The position numbers and the translations under genes are program-made. A stretch of 64,000 bases of DNA. It comes from Candidatus Babelota bacterium. Lineage in GTDB: Bacteria > Babelota > Babeliae > Babelales > UBA12411. Shown here one piece after another: positions 37,487 through 47,538 of this stretch. Below the pieces are notes generated by a model, which worked only from the letters and a program-made list of their open reading frames with translations, was not told the DNA's origin and did not search any database. The stretch is from assembly GCA_003511165.1 (NCBI GenBank), contig DOJW01000004.1, positions 68,015 through 132,014 of the forward strand, written 5' to 3'. Position 1 is the first letter of the stretch, and the number at the start of each line of letters is the position of its first letter.

Positions 37487-38878
37487 ATGTTTAATTTTAA
37501 AAGATTATATTTAAAAATTCTTATAACCTTTTTTGCATTTTTTAGTATTAATTCGGTGCAAGTATCAGCACAAACAATTAATCACATTTTTGTAAACGTA
37601 GAAAATGAAATCAAAAGCGAATTTGGACAAGATTATCAATTTCCTCAAACCTATTTAGGGTTAAAAGAAAAAATGGCTTCAGCATCACAAGAAATAATCG
37701 CAAAACTGGTGCAAAATTCCCTTACAAAAAATTTGATTAAAGACATAGCCAGAATAAAAAATTTAAATTGGTGCGACTGCCCAAATGCAACATCTCCAGT
37801 AAGAATATTATTTGTGGAAGAAATTTTAGAACAAATAACAACTCATTTCAGACCAAATGAAAGTTTAGTTTTAACAATATGTTCGCTTGCATCGGGAGAA
37901 TTATTACTCGAATATTTGATAGTCGCAACATTAATAAAAATGGGCTACATAAAATTAAACATCATTGTTATTGATCCAAGCTACAAAATAAACCCTGCTG
38001 TAGAAGCCATACTTGGTCCAGCAACTAATTATGTAACTAATTTCCAGCAACAAATTCAACAATTAACAGTGTCTATACCCAATTATGAACAAAATAATAT
38101 TACAATTTCAAAATTCGCAAATGCAAACGAATATATTTTACACTTGAAAAAAATCTCCCCTAAGCATCCCAATATTTTAATATTGGCAGATGAGCCAGTA
38201 CAACATACAGAATTTGTAACAAGAAAAAAAATTATGAACCATGATTATTTCATTAATTTATCCATTTTTAAAAATCCTGGAATAAATGGTTCCAATGGAG
38301 AAAAATTTAATAATTATGTCACTAAAATAGCTGGAAGAAAATTTAAAGATATACCAGAGTATCCTTCGTATAAATTGATAGACTTTGTAATTGTAACAAC
38401 ACCTGCGGAAATCCATTGTTATACCAAAACCTTTAATCAAAATGTTCCAAATAATCCAATTATTCAAAATCAAATAAAATTAATTGTAAATGACATGCAC
38501 AATTTTTGTAAAAATTTTAGGTTAGATGTAAATCAAATAGATTTAGCGTTAGAAGTAAAAAAATATATGAAACATTTAGATTTTAAATTAGATAAATTAA
38601 AAACAAAAAATTTTGGAATTTTTTATCAAACCGATCGAATTAGATATCCTTTGGTTTATTCCAAGAAGATTACTTCTTACTTCAATATTTATGCTGTTCT
38701 GACCTACTATTTTCCAAAAGTAAATTTCGACTTCCAAGCGTTAGCTAGAACAACAAAGCCCGCTCAAATATTTTACTTAGGGGGAAATAAAATAAAATCT
38801 TTCATAAACCCTTCAGAAGAAACCCTAAGTAAACTAGCCATATTCATAGAGGATGATTTTTTTAAAAATGGAGAATAA
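37487..38878 (+). CDS. Hypothetical secreted protein (possible Rossmann/methyltransferase-like core)
   Basis: Signal-like LKILITFFAFFSINSVQVSAQ. LVLTICSLASGELLLEY..LNIIVIDPSY..NILILADEP loosely resembles SAM-MTase motifs I/II/IV. This reading is weak. Confidence 0.5.
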   Translation: MFNFKRLYLKILITFFAFFSINSVQVSAQTINHIFVNVENEIKSEFGQDYQFPQTYLGLKEKMASASQEIIAKLVQNSLTKNLIKDIARIKNLNWCDCPNATSPVRILFVEEILEQITTHFRPNESLVLTICSLASGELLLEYLIVATLIKMGYIKLNIIVIDPSYKINPAVEAILGPATNYVTNFQQQIQQLTVSIPNYEQNNITISKFANANEYILHLKKISPKHPNILILADEPVQHTEFVTRKKIMNHDYFINLSIFKNPGINGSNGEKFNNYVTKIAGRKFKDIPEYPSYKLIDFVIVTTPAEIHCYTKTFNQNVPNNPIIQNQIKLIVNDMHNFCKNFRLDVNQIDLALEVKKYMKHLDFKLDKLKTKNFGIFYQTDRIRYPLVYSKKITSYFNIYAVLTYYFPKVNFDFQALARTTKPAQIFYLGGNKIKSFINPSEETLSKLAIFIEDDFFKNGE

Positions 38879-38929
38879 AAAAGTTAAAGTAAGAAGCTTC
38901 TAAATGGTTTAAAGAATATTTGAAGCCTC

Positions 38930-39634
38930 TTACTTTAATGCCACAATCGTGGCTTGTCGATAGAAATCCTTTTCTCGTCGAAAAGAACAAAATATTGTGT
39001 CGCAAATTGTACAAAAACAGTTTGAATCATTAATCTGCTTTTCTAAGATTCCAATTTTATACAAATTCTTTTTATTAAAATCAATCAAATCAAAAAATAT
39101 TTTTTTATCTCGATTTATAAGAAACTTTTCAATGCTTAATGTTTTATTTTTTTCTATAAAATCTTGCTGCACTTCATAACAACAATTTTTTGCAGCGGGA
39201 CCAAAATAAATTTGTAAATCGTTTAACTGCGTACCAAATTGTTTCCGCATCTGCTGAATAGCTATTGCATTTGCATTCAAAACAGAACCTTTCCATCCAG
39301 AGTGAACTACCGCCACAACTTTATTTTTTTTATCCAAAATTACAACAGGCAAGCAATCTGCCGTCAAAACACCAATCGCTATATTCCTTTGATTTGTAAT
39401 TATTATATCACCATCAATTTTTCGAAAATTTATCGAAGTTTCAAAAATAAAATTTTCATCAATAATCGTAAAATCTATTCCATGTGTTTGATTTAAAAAC
39501 AAAAGCTTTTTTGCATTAACCTCTGTCATCAATTGTTCAAGAAGAAGGGGCAACTTTTTGTCTGCCCCTTCTATATTTATTTGAAATTCATTATCACCAA
39601 AATATATTTCTGCAAAATCTAAATCTAAAAGCAT
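38930..39634 (-). CDS. pgeF: Peptidoglycan editing factor PgeF (YfiH/DUF152 laccase-domain protein)
   Basis: NQTHG, TADCLPVV, HSGWKG, and C-terminal CTICD..FCSFRRE. It lies downstream of ftsZ, as in many bacteria. The ATG at 39634 is preferred over the TTG at 39646. Confidence 0.85.
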   Translation of the reverse strand: MLLDLDFAEIYFGDNEFQINIEGADKKLPLLLEQLMTEVNAKKLLFLNQTHGIDFTIIDENFIFETSINFRKIDGDIIITNQRNIAIGVLTADCLPVVILDKKNKVVAVVHSGWKGSVLNANAIAIQQMRKQFGTQLNDLQIYFGPAAKNCCYEVQQDFIEKNKTLSIEKFLINRDKKIFFDLIDFNKKNLYKIGILEKQINDSNCFCTICDTIFCSFRREKDFYRQATIVALK

Positions 39635-39642
39635 TTCACCTT

Positions 39643-40863
39643 TCAACCAAGCTCCATTTTATCATTATTTTTCTTACGCAAAAAAGTTGGAGTATCTATA
39701 TCATCCATATCAAGCATGTCAATTTCTTCAACTGCTGATGTCATCTGTATCTCTTTATTTTCAATAACAGCAGGTTGCGAAACTTCCTCTAATTTATCAT
39801 GATGTTTGATAAATTCCATAGCAATATCTGATTTTGGGGCGTGTACTTTTTCTTGCACTGGAGATGCAATTTTTATAGAAGATAAAGTCTCTTTTTCTAC
39901 AAATGTATCTACCCCTGTTGCTATAATTGTAACCAAAACCTCATCGCCCATAGAATCATCAATGACTGAACCTAAAATAATATTTGCATCTTCGCTCGCT
40001 CTGTCATAAATAACATTTGCTGCATCATGGATCTCTTGCAAAGACAAATTAGAACTTCCAGTAATATTTATAAGTACACCTTTAGCTCCGTCTACACTTA
40101 TTCCTTCAAGAAGAGGCGAGCTAATTGCGTCAAGGGCTGCTTTTGTGGCTCTATCTTCGCCACTGCATCTGCCCGTTCCCATGATAGCCATTCCCATTCC
40201 CTTCATGATCGCTTTTATATCTGCAAAATCCACATTTATATGTCCTGATTTTACAATTATATCTGCTACGCATTTTACGGCTTGCGTTAAAACGTCGTTA
40301 ACCATCGCAAAAGCATTTAGCATGGAAATAGATGAATCAACCAAAGAAAGTAATTTTTGATTTGGGATCACAAGCATCGTATCAACTTCTTTTTTCAATT
40401 CTTCAATAGCAGCCTCTGCTTGTTTCATTCTGCGTTTACCCTCGAAAACAAAAGGTTTCGTCACAACGGCTACAGTCAAAACACCAAGTTCTTTTGCAGC
40501 CTTTGCAATCACAGGAGTTGCGCCAGTTCCGGTACCACCACCCATTCCTGCTGTTAAAAATAAAATATCAGAATTTGAAATTTGCTTAACAATATTTTCG
40601 ATATCTTCTTCGGCCGATCTACGACCAATGTCAGGATTTGCACCTGCGCCAAGACCTTTTGTAACTTTGGCTCCTATCTGAATTTTGTTTTCCACCGGCG
40701 AATTGTTCAATGCTTGAGCATCTGTATTTGCAATAATAAAATCCACATTTTCCAAATCACTTTCAACCATATAATTTACAGCATTTCCGCCGCCACCACC
40801 AACTCCAAGAACCTTTATTTTAGCTCTTGGAATATTTTGTTCCTCTACGTGTAGTTCTATCAC
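39643..40863 (-). CDS. ftsZ: Cell division protein FtsZ
   Basis: GVGGGGGNAVN, the tubulin signature GMGGGTGTGATP, and NVDFADI. A GTG start is preceded by AGGAGAGG. Confidence 0.97.
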   Translation of the reverse strand: MIELHVEEQNIPRAKIKVLGVGGGGGNAVNYMVESDLENVDFIIANTDAQALNNSPVENKIQIGAKVTKGLGAGANPDIGRRSAEEDIENIVKQISNSDILFLTAGMGGGTGTGATPVIAKAAKELGVLTVAVVTKPFVFEGKRRMKQAEAAIEELKKEVDTMLVIPNQKLLSLVDSSISMLNAFAMVNDVLTQAVKCVADIIVKSGHINVDFADIKAIMKGMGMAIMGTGRCSGEDRATKAALDAISSPLLEGISVDGAKGVLINITGSSNLSLQEIHDAANVIYDRASEDANIILGSVIDDSMGDEVLVTIIATGVDTFVEKETLSSIKIASPVQEKVHAPKSDIAMEFIKHHDKLEEVSQPAVIENKEIQMTSAVEEIDMLDMDDIDTPTFLRKKNNDKMELG

Positions 40864-40888
40864 AATCCTCTCCTCTTTTTAAAATCGA

Positions 40889-42145
40889 TCAAAAAAGATC
40901 GTAAATCCAAGATTTCATCCGTTTAAAAACTTTAGAAGCCCCTTTTTCATTCATGCTTTTTGCAAGTGTCAAATCTTTATCTTTTGATGCATACAAAAGC
41001 AACCCGTATCCGGTTGAATAAATAGGACTCTTTAATAAATCTGGAACGAATTCTAAACCAGAAGTTTTTATATTATTTTGAGGAAATCCAATTCGAACAG
41101 GCATTCCAAACATATTTTCTGCAAGTTCCTTCATGCCTGAAAGCATACTTCCACCGCCTGTCAAAACTAAACCAAATGGCATAAATCTTTTAAGATTAAA
41201 TTTGATAATTTCATCAAAAATAAATTCCAACATTTCCTCAGCGCGAGGCATCAAAATATCACAAATGTCTGTAGTTTTTATCTGTTTAACAAGATCAGGC
41301 CCTACATCAACTTTTATTGCATTATCTATTAACCCTAAAACATTTTTATAACTTACTGCTCCGTATTTTCTTTTTATAAATTCAGCAGTTTCAAGAGGAA
41401 TTCTAAAAGCTATAGCTAAATCTCGAGTAAAATGATTTCCTGCAACAGGAACAACCTTGGAATGTAAAATTTTACCATCTTTATAAATTGCAAAATCACT
41501 AGTTCCAGCTCCGATATCAACCATTCCAACACCGAGCTCTCGCTCGTCTTCGCTCAAAGTTGCATCTGCCGATGCTATAGTTTCTAAAACAATATCTTCG
41601 ACAGAGATTCCTGCGTCTTCACAACATTTTATCAAGTTGCTTGCAGAAGAAATGGAACCTGTAATTATATGCACCTGCGCTTCGAGTCTAATGCCTTTCA
41701 TGCCCATAGAATCTTTTATAAGTTCTTGTCCATCAATTTTAAAATATTGAGGCAAAATATGAAGAATTTCACGATCTTGCGGAATAGCCACAGCCTTAGC
41801 TGCATCAATCACTCTGTCAATATCATATTGCGACACATCACCATGTTTTATTGCAACAACACCTTGAGAATTTATTGCTTGAATATGTCCACCAGAAATT
41901 CCGACAACCGCAGAATCGACTTTTATTCCCGCCATATTTTCCGCAGATTCAACAGCTTTTTTTATTGATTTAATTGTTGAATTTATATCAACAACAACAC
42001 CCTTTTTTAAACCGACAGATGGATGCTGGCCTATCCCCAATATTTCAATATTTCCATTGTGATCTAAACCTGCAATCAAAACACAAATTTTAGAAGTTCC
42101 AACATCAATACCAACCCAATGTTTATTTAATAATTTTTTTCTCAT
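40889..42145 (-). CDS. ftsA: Cell division protein FtsA
   Basis: Actin-fold motifs VGIDVGTSKICVLIA, VDIGAGTSDFAIY and LTGGGSML. The ATG at 42145 is preceded by GGGGGAGG. Confidence 0.95.
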   Translation of the reverse strand: MRKKLLNKHWVGIDVGTSKICVLIAGLDHNGNIEILGIGQHPSVGLKKGVVVDINSTIKSIKKAVESAENMAGIKVDSAVVGISGGHIQAINSQGVVAIKHGDVSQYDIDRVIDAAKAVAIPQDREILHILPQYFKIDGQELIKDSMGMKGIRLEAQVHIITGSISSASNLIKCCEDAGISVEDIVLETIASADATLSEDERELGVGMVDIGAGTSDFAIYKDGKILHSKVVPVAGNHFTRDLAIAFRIPLETAEFIKRKYGAVSYKNVLGLIDNAIKVDVGPDLVKQIKTTDICDILMPRAEEMLEFIFDEIIKFNLKRFMPFGLVLTGGGSMLSGMKELAENMFGMPVRIGFPQNNIKTSGLEFVPDLLKSPIYSTGYGLLLYASKDKDLTLAKSMNEKGASKVFKRMKSWIYDLF

Positions 42146-42160
42146 CACAACCTCCCCCTA

Positions 42161-42907
42161 CTAAACAGATCTGCTCACCAAAATTCTATTATCAAACCTA
42201 AGATCAAAAGCCAACTTTTTGGTGCCACTTTTTAAGCTTTTTTTTAGCAATTTTCTATTTTCTACATCTTGGTAAATATCTTCAAGTTTGGTCAGCTTTG
42301 TTTTATCAAAAACAGCCTTTTCATCTACAATAATTTCAAACTTTTTTACGATCCCAGATAGCTTAATAAAAGTCGGCTTTTCATAATTAATAGTGTACTC
42401 TTCCCAAATCGGTGATGGAATCTTTTGCAAAAACTGATAAAAACATTCAGGAATTTCACCTTTGCAATATTTTGGAGAAACAGTTAATTCTTTAAGTTTT
42501 GAATTATCAAACTGTTCAAAATATTCTTTTGGAAAAACTTTACAATTTTCTGCAATAATAAAATTTTGATTAACAACGAACTTAGGTAGACAACCGCAAA
42601 TTTCTATTTTTGCAACTTTATGCAAATCCAAATCCCAATTTAGACTTTTAAAAACAGGAATTTTTTCACTCAATAACTTACTAAAAGCATCAGGATTAAA
42701 TTCATCTTTTTTTTGATTATCTAAATATACTGTAAAAAGATCTTCTGCATCCTTTTTAAATTTTGAAGAATAAAAATCTTTGATCTCAAATTGAATCTCC
42801 GCGGGGGTTGCTACTTTAAAATAAACTTTTTTAAATAAACAAAAACATCTATACGAAAGAAGCGTAAGAAGCGATAACAAAATTAACCTTGAAAAAATAT
42901 TTTTCAT
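42161..42907 (-). CDS. ftsQ: Cell division protein FtsQ-like
   Basis: An N-terminal TM anchor is followed by a POTRA-like region. It sits directly upstream of ftsA-ftsZ. Sequence is divergent, so the call rests mainly on position and topology. Confidence 0.6.
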   Translation of the reverse strand: MKNIFSRLILLSLLTLLSYRCFCLFKKVYFKVATPAEIQFEIKDFYSSKFKKDAEDLFTVYLDNQKKDEFNPDAFSKLLSEKIPVFKSLNWDLDLHKVAKIEICGCLPKFVVNQNFIIAENCKVFPKEYFEQFDNSKLKELTVSPKYCKGEIPECFYQFLQKIPSPIWEEYTINYEKPTFIKLSGIVKKFEIIVDEKAVFDKTKLTKLEDIYQDVENRKLLKKSLKSGTKKLAFDLRFDNRILVSRSV

Positions 42908-43031
42908 AATTTCTACCAAATTTTAAAGAAAAATAAATGACATTTTATCAAGGATAAAATAAAAAAATAAATGAATATATTGCAATATATTATGAAAATA
43001 AAAATTTAAAATAGAAAAAAGTTATCTCATA

Positions 43032-43769
43032 TTATTTCATTTTGTTAAAAATATTAAACATCAAAATACCGGCTGCGACTGATGCATTAAATGAAACATC
43101 GGCACGGCTTTGAGGCAAAGTTATCAAAGAACCGCTTTTTTGCGCTTCTTTAGATATTCCAACCTCTTCATTACCAATTACCAAACAAGCTGGCTTTTTA
43201 TATTCAACTTCAAGAGCATTTTTACCATTTTGCAAAACAGCTAAATATAAATTATATCCTGCATTTTTTATCTCATTTACAGCGAAATTGATTGAAGGTG
43301 CAAAATAAATATCAAGATACTCTGCAAGCCCAGCAGATGTTTTATATACAGCAGGAGTTAATTCCGCGCCACCTTTTCTACATAAAACAACACTTGTGAT
43401 TCCAACACAATAAGCAGAACGTAAAATGGCTCCCAAATTTCTAACATCTTGGATAGCATCAAGAAGTAAAATGAAAGGTCTTTCTTTTGGATTGAACATT
43501 TTAGAAGCAAATCGAGCTGGAGTAGTAAGCGCTATGATTCCATTATGATCATCACTTCCAGCCATTCTAGTTAACGCATCTTTAGAAATATATTGAATGT
43601 TTGGAATAGATTGAGGCAAATATTTTTTTATTCGCTCCCAAGATTTTGGAAGAGGTTTTGTTGTGTAAATTGAGATCAGTTTGCGTTTTTTTGCTTTTAA
43701 CATTTCACCAATAGCATGAGGCCCGTAGATTAAATCATATTTTGGTTTTTTAGATTCAGTTTTTGACAT
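43032..43769 (-). CDS. rlmB: SpoU/TrmH-family rRNA 2'-O-methyltransferase (RlmB-like)
   Basis: IYGPHAIGEML, DAIQDVRNLGAILRSAY, LVIGNEEVGIS and SFNASVAAGILMF (SPOUT knot motifs). Confidence 0.85.
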   Translation of the reverse strand: MSKTESKKPKYDLIYGPHAIGEMLKAKKRKLISIYTTKPLPKSWERIKKYLPQSIPNIQYISKDALTRMAGSDDHNGIIALTTPARFASKMFNPKERPFILLLDAIQDVRNLGAILRSAYCVGITSVVLCRKGGAELTPAVYKTSAGLAEYLDIYFAPSINFAVNEIKNAGYNLYLAVLQNGKNALEVEYKKPACLVIGNEEVGISKEAQKSGSLITLPQSRADVSFNASVAAGILMFNIFNKMK

Positions 43770-43790
43770 AAGTCTCCTAAATTAATAATA

Positions 43791-43830
43791 AAAAAGCGGG
43801 CGTACTAAAATAGATAAACCCGCTTTTTTT
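43791..43830 (-). terminator. Terminator downstream of nrdD
   Basis: The stem aaaaagcggg / cccgcttttt has an 18-nt loop. On the minus strand the hairpin is followed by a T-run. Confidence 0.55.
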
Positions 43831-43832
43831 AT

Positions 43833-45770
43833 TTAAAACGTTACTGTATTATTTTTTTCAATTTTAGAAAATAAATCAAAATGACTTATGTTCTCATTTA
43901 CTTCATTTTCAGATTTGAAAACTCTAGTTTGATGTTCCGTTCGTCTACCTTTGTTCCACGAGGAAACGGGTACAAAATAACCAATAATGCGAGTATAATT
44001 ATTTATTATTTCAGCTCCACAAATAGAACAAACTTTGGAGTTTCCACTTACAGTAACATGTTTGTTTGTACATACAGCAAAATTATAATTTACAGCAAAG
44101 TGTTCACATCCAGACTTAACAGCATACAATATTAACTTTTTCATTTGATCAACAGAGGTTAATTTTTCACCAACATTGATGTGAGAAATTCCACCGCCGG
44201 TCAAACTTTTTGACATACAACCATCAATTGCTATTCTGTCGGCAATATCACAATCAACTGATAGTGGAATAAATTGGTTTGAATAAATTTTGTAGTTCAT
44301 TCCATAAAGATAAGCATCTTTGATTGCAAATTTTATAGCCAAACTTTCAGCAGGAACCTGTTCGATGTTGAAAGGAACTTTGAACTGTTTATTTGATTCA
44401 AGCGAAAAATTTCTAATATCTTCAAGCAAAAATTTTGCAAGATCTTTACCCTTTTGTGTCAAAAGAGAATATCCTAAAAGTTCTAAACTTTCATAAACTC
44501 CGTTAATTCCAAATGTACTAAACAACCTTTCTTCGAAAACAATTCCCCTTTTAACAAAATTAATCATACCCTTATCAATTCTGTCTTTAAGTAATCTTCG
44601 ATGTGAAAGAAGTATATCCCGCGCTTCTTCCATTTTTTTTCTAGATAAAAATACAAGTTCATCAAAGGTTTTTGCTATGAAACCAAGACGGGCCAAGTTT
44701 ACAGTAACAACTCTATGAGAACCCAAGGAAAGACCTCCGTTTCCAAAGCTATCGCAACCCGCTAAATCAAAATCATTTACCAAACGACAGCAGCTTGCAA
44801 CTTTATTGCCTGAAGATATGTAAATATTAAAACAACCTTTTTCCAAATTTATCTGAGAAAAATATTCGAAAGATTTTTGATCTAAAATTTGACGATCTTC
44901 ACTAATGCGCAGATTTAAAGTAACAACAGGAAATCTATAAGGTAAACCTGATGTTGGATCTCCTTTTTTGAACCAATCACAGAATATTTTCTGTAATCCT
45001 TCTATCAAATCAAAATCTGGAGCAGAGCCATCTGGAAAACGTGATTCTCCAAAAAGATATTCTAAGTTTGGTCTATCAAATATTGAAATGTTTGAAAATG
45101 GGGACTGAAAAGATGGTCTTAGCTTTTTATTTAATGTGTGAACAAGTGATTGAAAATCATTTTCTATAGATTTTCTTGCAACAGGATCAGATAAATCTAA
45201 ACCTTCTCTTTTTACAAAGTAGGAATAATTAATAAATATATCTCCAATGGCAACAGCTCCTGCAAGTTCTTGTGCAAGTTCTATGGTAACCTCTTTTACC
45301 TGATCAAGAAAAGATTTTCTATTATGTGCAGGTAAAGACTCTAACTGTCCCCAACGGCATCCTTGTGATAACATAAAATATGTCGAATATGCCCAACAAT
45401 AAGGAATTTCTATTGATGTACTATCATGAAAATATAAATCTCCATTTAAAATAGAAGTCAAAAGCTCTTTAGCTCTTTCTTGCGAATAATCTTTTTTTAA
45501 CTGTTCATACAGGCGGTAATAGCCTAATAATTTTAACCACCCCTTAGAAATTTCCATGATATAATTTCCATAAGCTTTACCTTCATGCGCATTAGCATTA
45601 CTGTCGATTGACATATCAACTAGTTGCTCATTTGCATACTTGTCTGCCATAGAAAAAACATCTAAATTTTCAACAGCAATACCTTCTTCTTTTAGCAAAA
45701 ATTTATCTGTACTGTTATAAAGTTCCAAAAAATCTGGTGATACACTTTTCAAAATGTTATGCAACTCCAT
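43833..45770 (-). CDS. nrdD: Anaerobic ribonucleoside-triphosphate reductase (class III)
   Basis: C-terminal Zn ribbon C..C..CSICG and the glycyl-radical motif TRIIGYFVP. Length is 645 aa. It overlaps nrdG. Confidence 0.9.
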   Translation of the reverse strand: MELHNILKSVSPDFLELYNSTDKFLLKEEGIAVENLDVFSMADKYANEQLVDMSIDSNANAHEGKAYGNYIMEISKGWLKLLGYYRLYEQLKKDYSQERAKELLTSILNGDLYFHDSTSIEIPYCWAYSTYFMLSQGCRWGQLESLPAHNRKSFLDQVKEVTIELAQELAGAVAIGDIFINYSYFVKREGLDLSDPVARKSIENDFQSLVHTLNKKLRPSFQSPFSNISIFDRPNLEYLFGESRFPDGSAPDFDLIEGLQKIFCDWFKKGDPTSGLPYRFPVVTLNLRISEDRQILDQKSFEYFSQINLEKGCFNIYISSGNKVASCCRLVNDFDLAGCDSFGNGGLSLGSHRVVTVNLARLGFIAKTFDELVFLSRKKMEEARDILLSHRRLLKDRIDKGMINFVKRGIVFEERLFSTFGINGVYESLELLGYSLLTQKGKDLAKFLLEDIRNFSLESNKQFKVPFNIEQVPAESLAIKFAIKDAYLYGMNYKIYSNQFIPLSVDCDIADRIAIDGCMSKSLTGGGISHINVGEKLTSVDQMKKLILYAVKSGCEHFAVNYNFAVCTNKHVTVSGNSKVCSICGAEIINNYTRIIGYFVPVSSWNKGRRTEHQTRVFKSENEVNENISHFDLFSKIEKNNTVTF

Positions 45771-46204
45771 GATCCATTTTCCTTTCTAAAAACTCTTTGA
45801 TTTTTTGATGCTGGAAACCTACCTTCTACAAACTCTTCAGTTTTAAAAGGCCCACAAACTATAAAATCTAATTCTTTAACCAGCTCCCCTGGTAACACTT
45901 CAAACTCCCTCCCTGTGTAAAGTGCTTTTTTAAAACTCTTCTCTTTTTTACAAAATTCGATCAAAAATCCCATTTGATCAGTTGGCTCCCCTCCTAAAAA
46001 AACAAGATATTCTGCTAGTGGATTTCCTTGAACCTTACTAAGCAAATCCTCAAGCAAAACATCTTCTCCGCTAGATTGCTCCCACAAAACCTTATTTTGG
46101 CATCCTTTGCACCGGATGGAACAACCAGCAAAATAAACGGCTACAGAAATTTTATCTGGAACATCAATGAAAGATGTGCAAACTTTTGCGATCTTAGCTT
46201 TCAT
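45749..46204 (-). CDS. nrdG: Anaerobic RNR activating protein (radical SAM)
   Basis: CX3CX2C motif GCSIRCKGCQN. A small 151-aa protein that overlaps the nrdD start by 22 nt. Confidence 0.85.
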   Translation of the reverse strand: MKAKIAKVCTSFIDVPDKISVAVYFAGCSIRCKGCQNKVLWEQSSGEDVLLEDLLSKVQGNPLAEYLVFLGGEPTDQMGFLIEFCKKEKSFKKALYTGREFEVLPGELVKELDFIVCGPFKTEEFVEGRFPASKNQRVFRKENGSWSCITF

Positions 46205-46487
46205 AAAAAGCTCCCTTTAGTTTAAAGACTTTTTTCATTTTTTTTAGTTTTATTTTTAAAATTTTTTAGCTATGAGGATGCTATTTTAAATGTTTTTTCC
46301 CACATCCTGCAAGATAATATTTTTATTATTTATTGAGCCAAAAGCGACAAAATTTATTAGCAGCTCAATCAGCAAGCATTTAGAAATTTTGTTTTAACTT
46401 GAAATAAATTTTTACACGTTTTTTGGGTTCAAAAAATTTTGAATAAATTTCGCACTAACAAATTTTTTAACCGCTTCAAAAAACATT

Positions 46488-46516
46488 TTGACTTATTCGA
46501 TCTTTTTATTTAAGAT
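46488..46516 (+). promoter_or_regulatory. Sigma70-type promoter of the tRNA Val-Asn-Asp cluster
   Basis: TTGACT (46488-46493), a 17-nt spacer, then TAAGAT (46511-46516), about 50 nt upstream of tRNA-Val. Confidence 0.45.
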
Positions 46517-46568
46517 TCAACTTATCTTGAAATTTTTATTCTCCAAAATTTGGCCCTATAAATGTTTA

Positions 46569-46645
46569 GGGCGAATAGCTCAGCTGGTTAGAGCATCTGC
46601 CTTACAAGCAGGGGGTCACAGGTTCGAATCCTGTTTCGCCCACCA
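46569..46645 (+). tRNA. tRNA-Val (TAC)
   Basis: The 77-nt cloverleaf gggcgaa..tctgc-ctTACaa-gcagg..acagg-ttcgaat-cctgt-ttcgccc-a-cca. Confidence 0.95.
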
Positions 46646-46659
46646 AATTTAAAGTTTAT

Positions 46660-46735
46660 TCCTCGATAGCTCAGTTGGTAGAGCAAACGACTGTTAATCG
46701 TTGGGTCGCAGGTTCGAATCCTGCTCGAGGAGCCA
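46660..46735 (+). tRNA. tRNA-Asn (GTT)
   Basis: The 76-nt cloverleaf tcctcga..aacga-ctGTTaa-tcgtt..gcagg-ttcgaat-cctgc-tcgagga-g-cca. Confidence 0.95.
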
Positions 46736-46742
46736 TTTTTTT

Positions 46743-46820
46743 GGGGCTGTAGCTCAGTTTGGTTAGAGCGTCCGCCTGTCACGCGGAAGGTCGCGAGTTC
46801 GAGTCTCGTCAGCCCCGCCA
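46743..46820 (+). tRNA. tRNA-Asp (GTC)
   Basis: The 78-nt cloverleaf ggggctg..tccgc-ctGTCac-gcgga..gcgag-ttcgagt-ctcgt-cagcccc-g-cca. Confidence 0.95.
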
Positions 46821-46849
46821 TAAAATTAAATGAGAATATTGATATAAAA

Positions 46850-46876
46850 AGAAGCTAAAACATAGCTTCTTTTTTT
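46850..46876 (+). terminator. Terminator of the tRNA cluster
   Basis: agaagcta-aaaca-tagcttct followed by tttttt. Confidence 0.7.
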
Positions 46877-46907
46877 GTTTTATAATTATAAGAAAATAAG
46901 GAAATAT

Positions 46908-47279
46908 ATGTTCAAAAATAAAGTTCTTTTAGTAGCATTTTTTAGTTTTTTAACAGTTTTTAATTTACACGCAGAACATAAATATGTTGTAAAAGGCAAT
47001 AAAGTTATTGTTTATAATTTTTTACCTGAAAATACATTTGATTTTCAAGAAATAGTTTTAATTCCTATAGATTCAGAAAGTGATGATTGGGAAGCTGAAA
47101 CCGAATATGTTTTTGCTAAAATAATAAGAAAAGAAAAAGCAACAACATACCTTGTAAGATTTATCCGAAACTCCGCATCAGATATTGTCGAAGAATTGGA
47201 AATAGCCACATGTAATATTGGTAAATACAAACACACAAAACAATCAATGAAACTTCGTCGAAATCATTTACCAAGGTAA
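46908..47279 (+). CDS. Small hypothetical secreted protein
   Basis: MFKNKVLLVAFFSFLTVFNLHA signal. The ATG at 46908 is preceded by AAGGAAA. The ORF-track TTG start at 46875 lies inside the upstream terminator. Confidence 0.55.
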   Translation: MFKNKVLLVAFFSFLTVFNLHAEHKYVVKGNKVIVYNFLPENTFDFQEIVLIPIDSESDDWEAETEYVFAKIIRKEKATTYLVRFIRNSASDIVEELEIATCNIGKYKHTKQSMKLRRNHLPR

Positions 47280-47309
47280 ATAAATTTAAAAAACAATTAG
47301 TTTATTTAA

Positions 47310-47343
47310 AAAAAAGAGGAGATTTAAATCTCCTCTTTTTTTT
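47310..47343 (+). terminator. Rho-independent terminator
   Basis: The palindrome agaggagattt/aaatctcctct is flanked by an A-run and a T-run. Confidence 0.8.
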
Positions 47344-47538
47344 ATGTTTTCCAGGAATTTTAAATAAAATTTCGTGTTTTTTGCCAAATTTGTATCGCTA
47401 ATCTTCATTTTTTACCAATTTAGGGGCATTTTACGCAGCTTCTTTTTCAAGGTATAATAAATACAATTTGAATAATCATTTAACTAGTTAGAGAAATCTA
47501 ATTTAAAATAATAAATATTAAAAAACGAAAGTTAATTT

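Noticed and set aside
46250-46330. A possible NrdR box or regulatory palindrome upstream of nrdG (aggatg...catcct, caagataatatt).
   Set aside because: There is only a 6-bp inverted repeat and no convincing match to the 16-bp NrdR-box palindrome. No nrdR gene is seen in the window.
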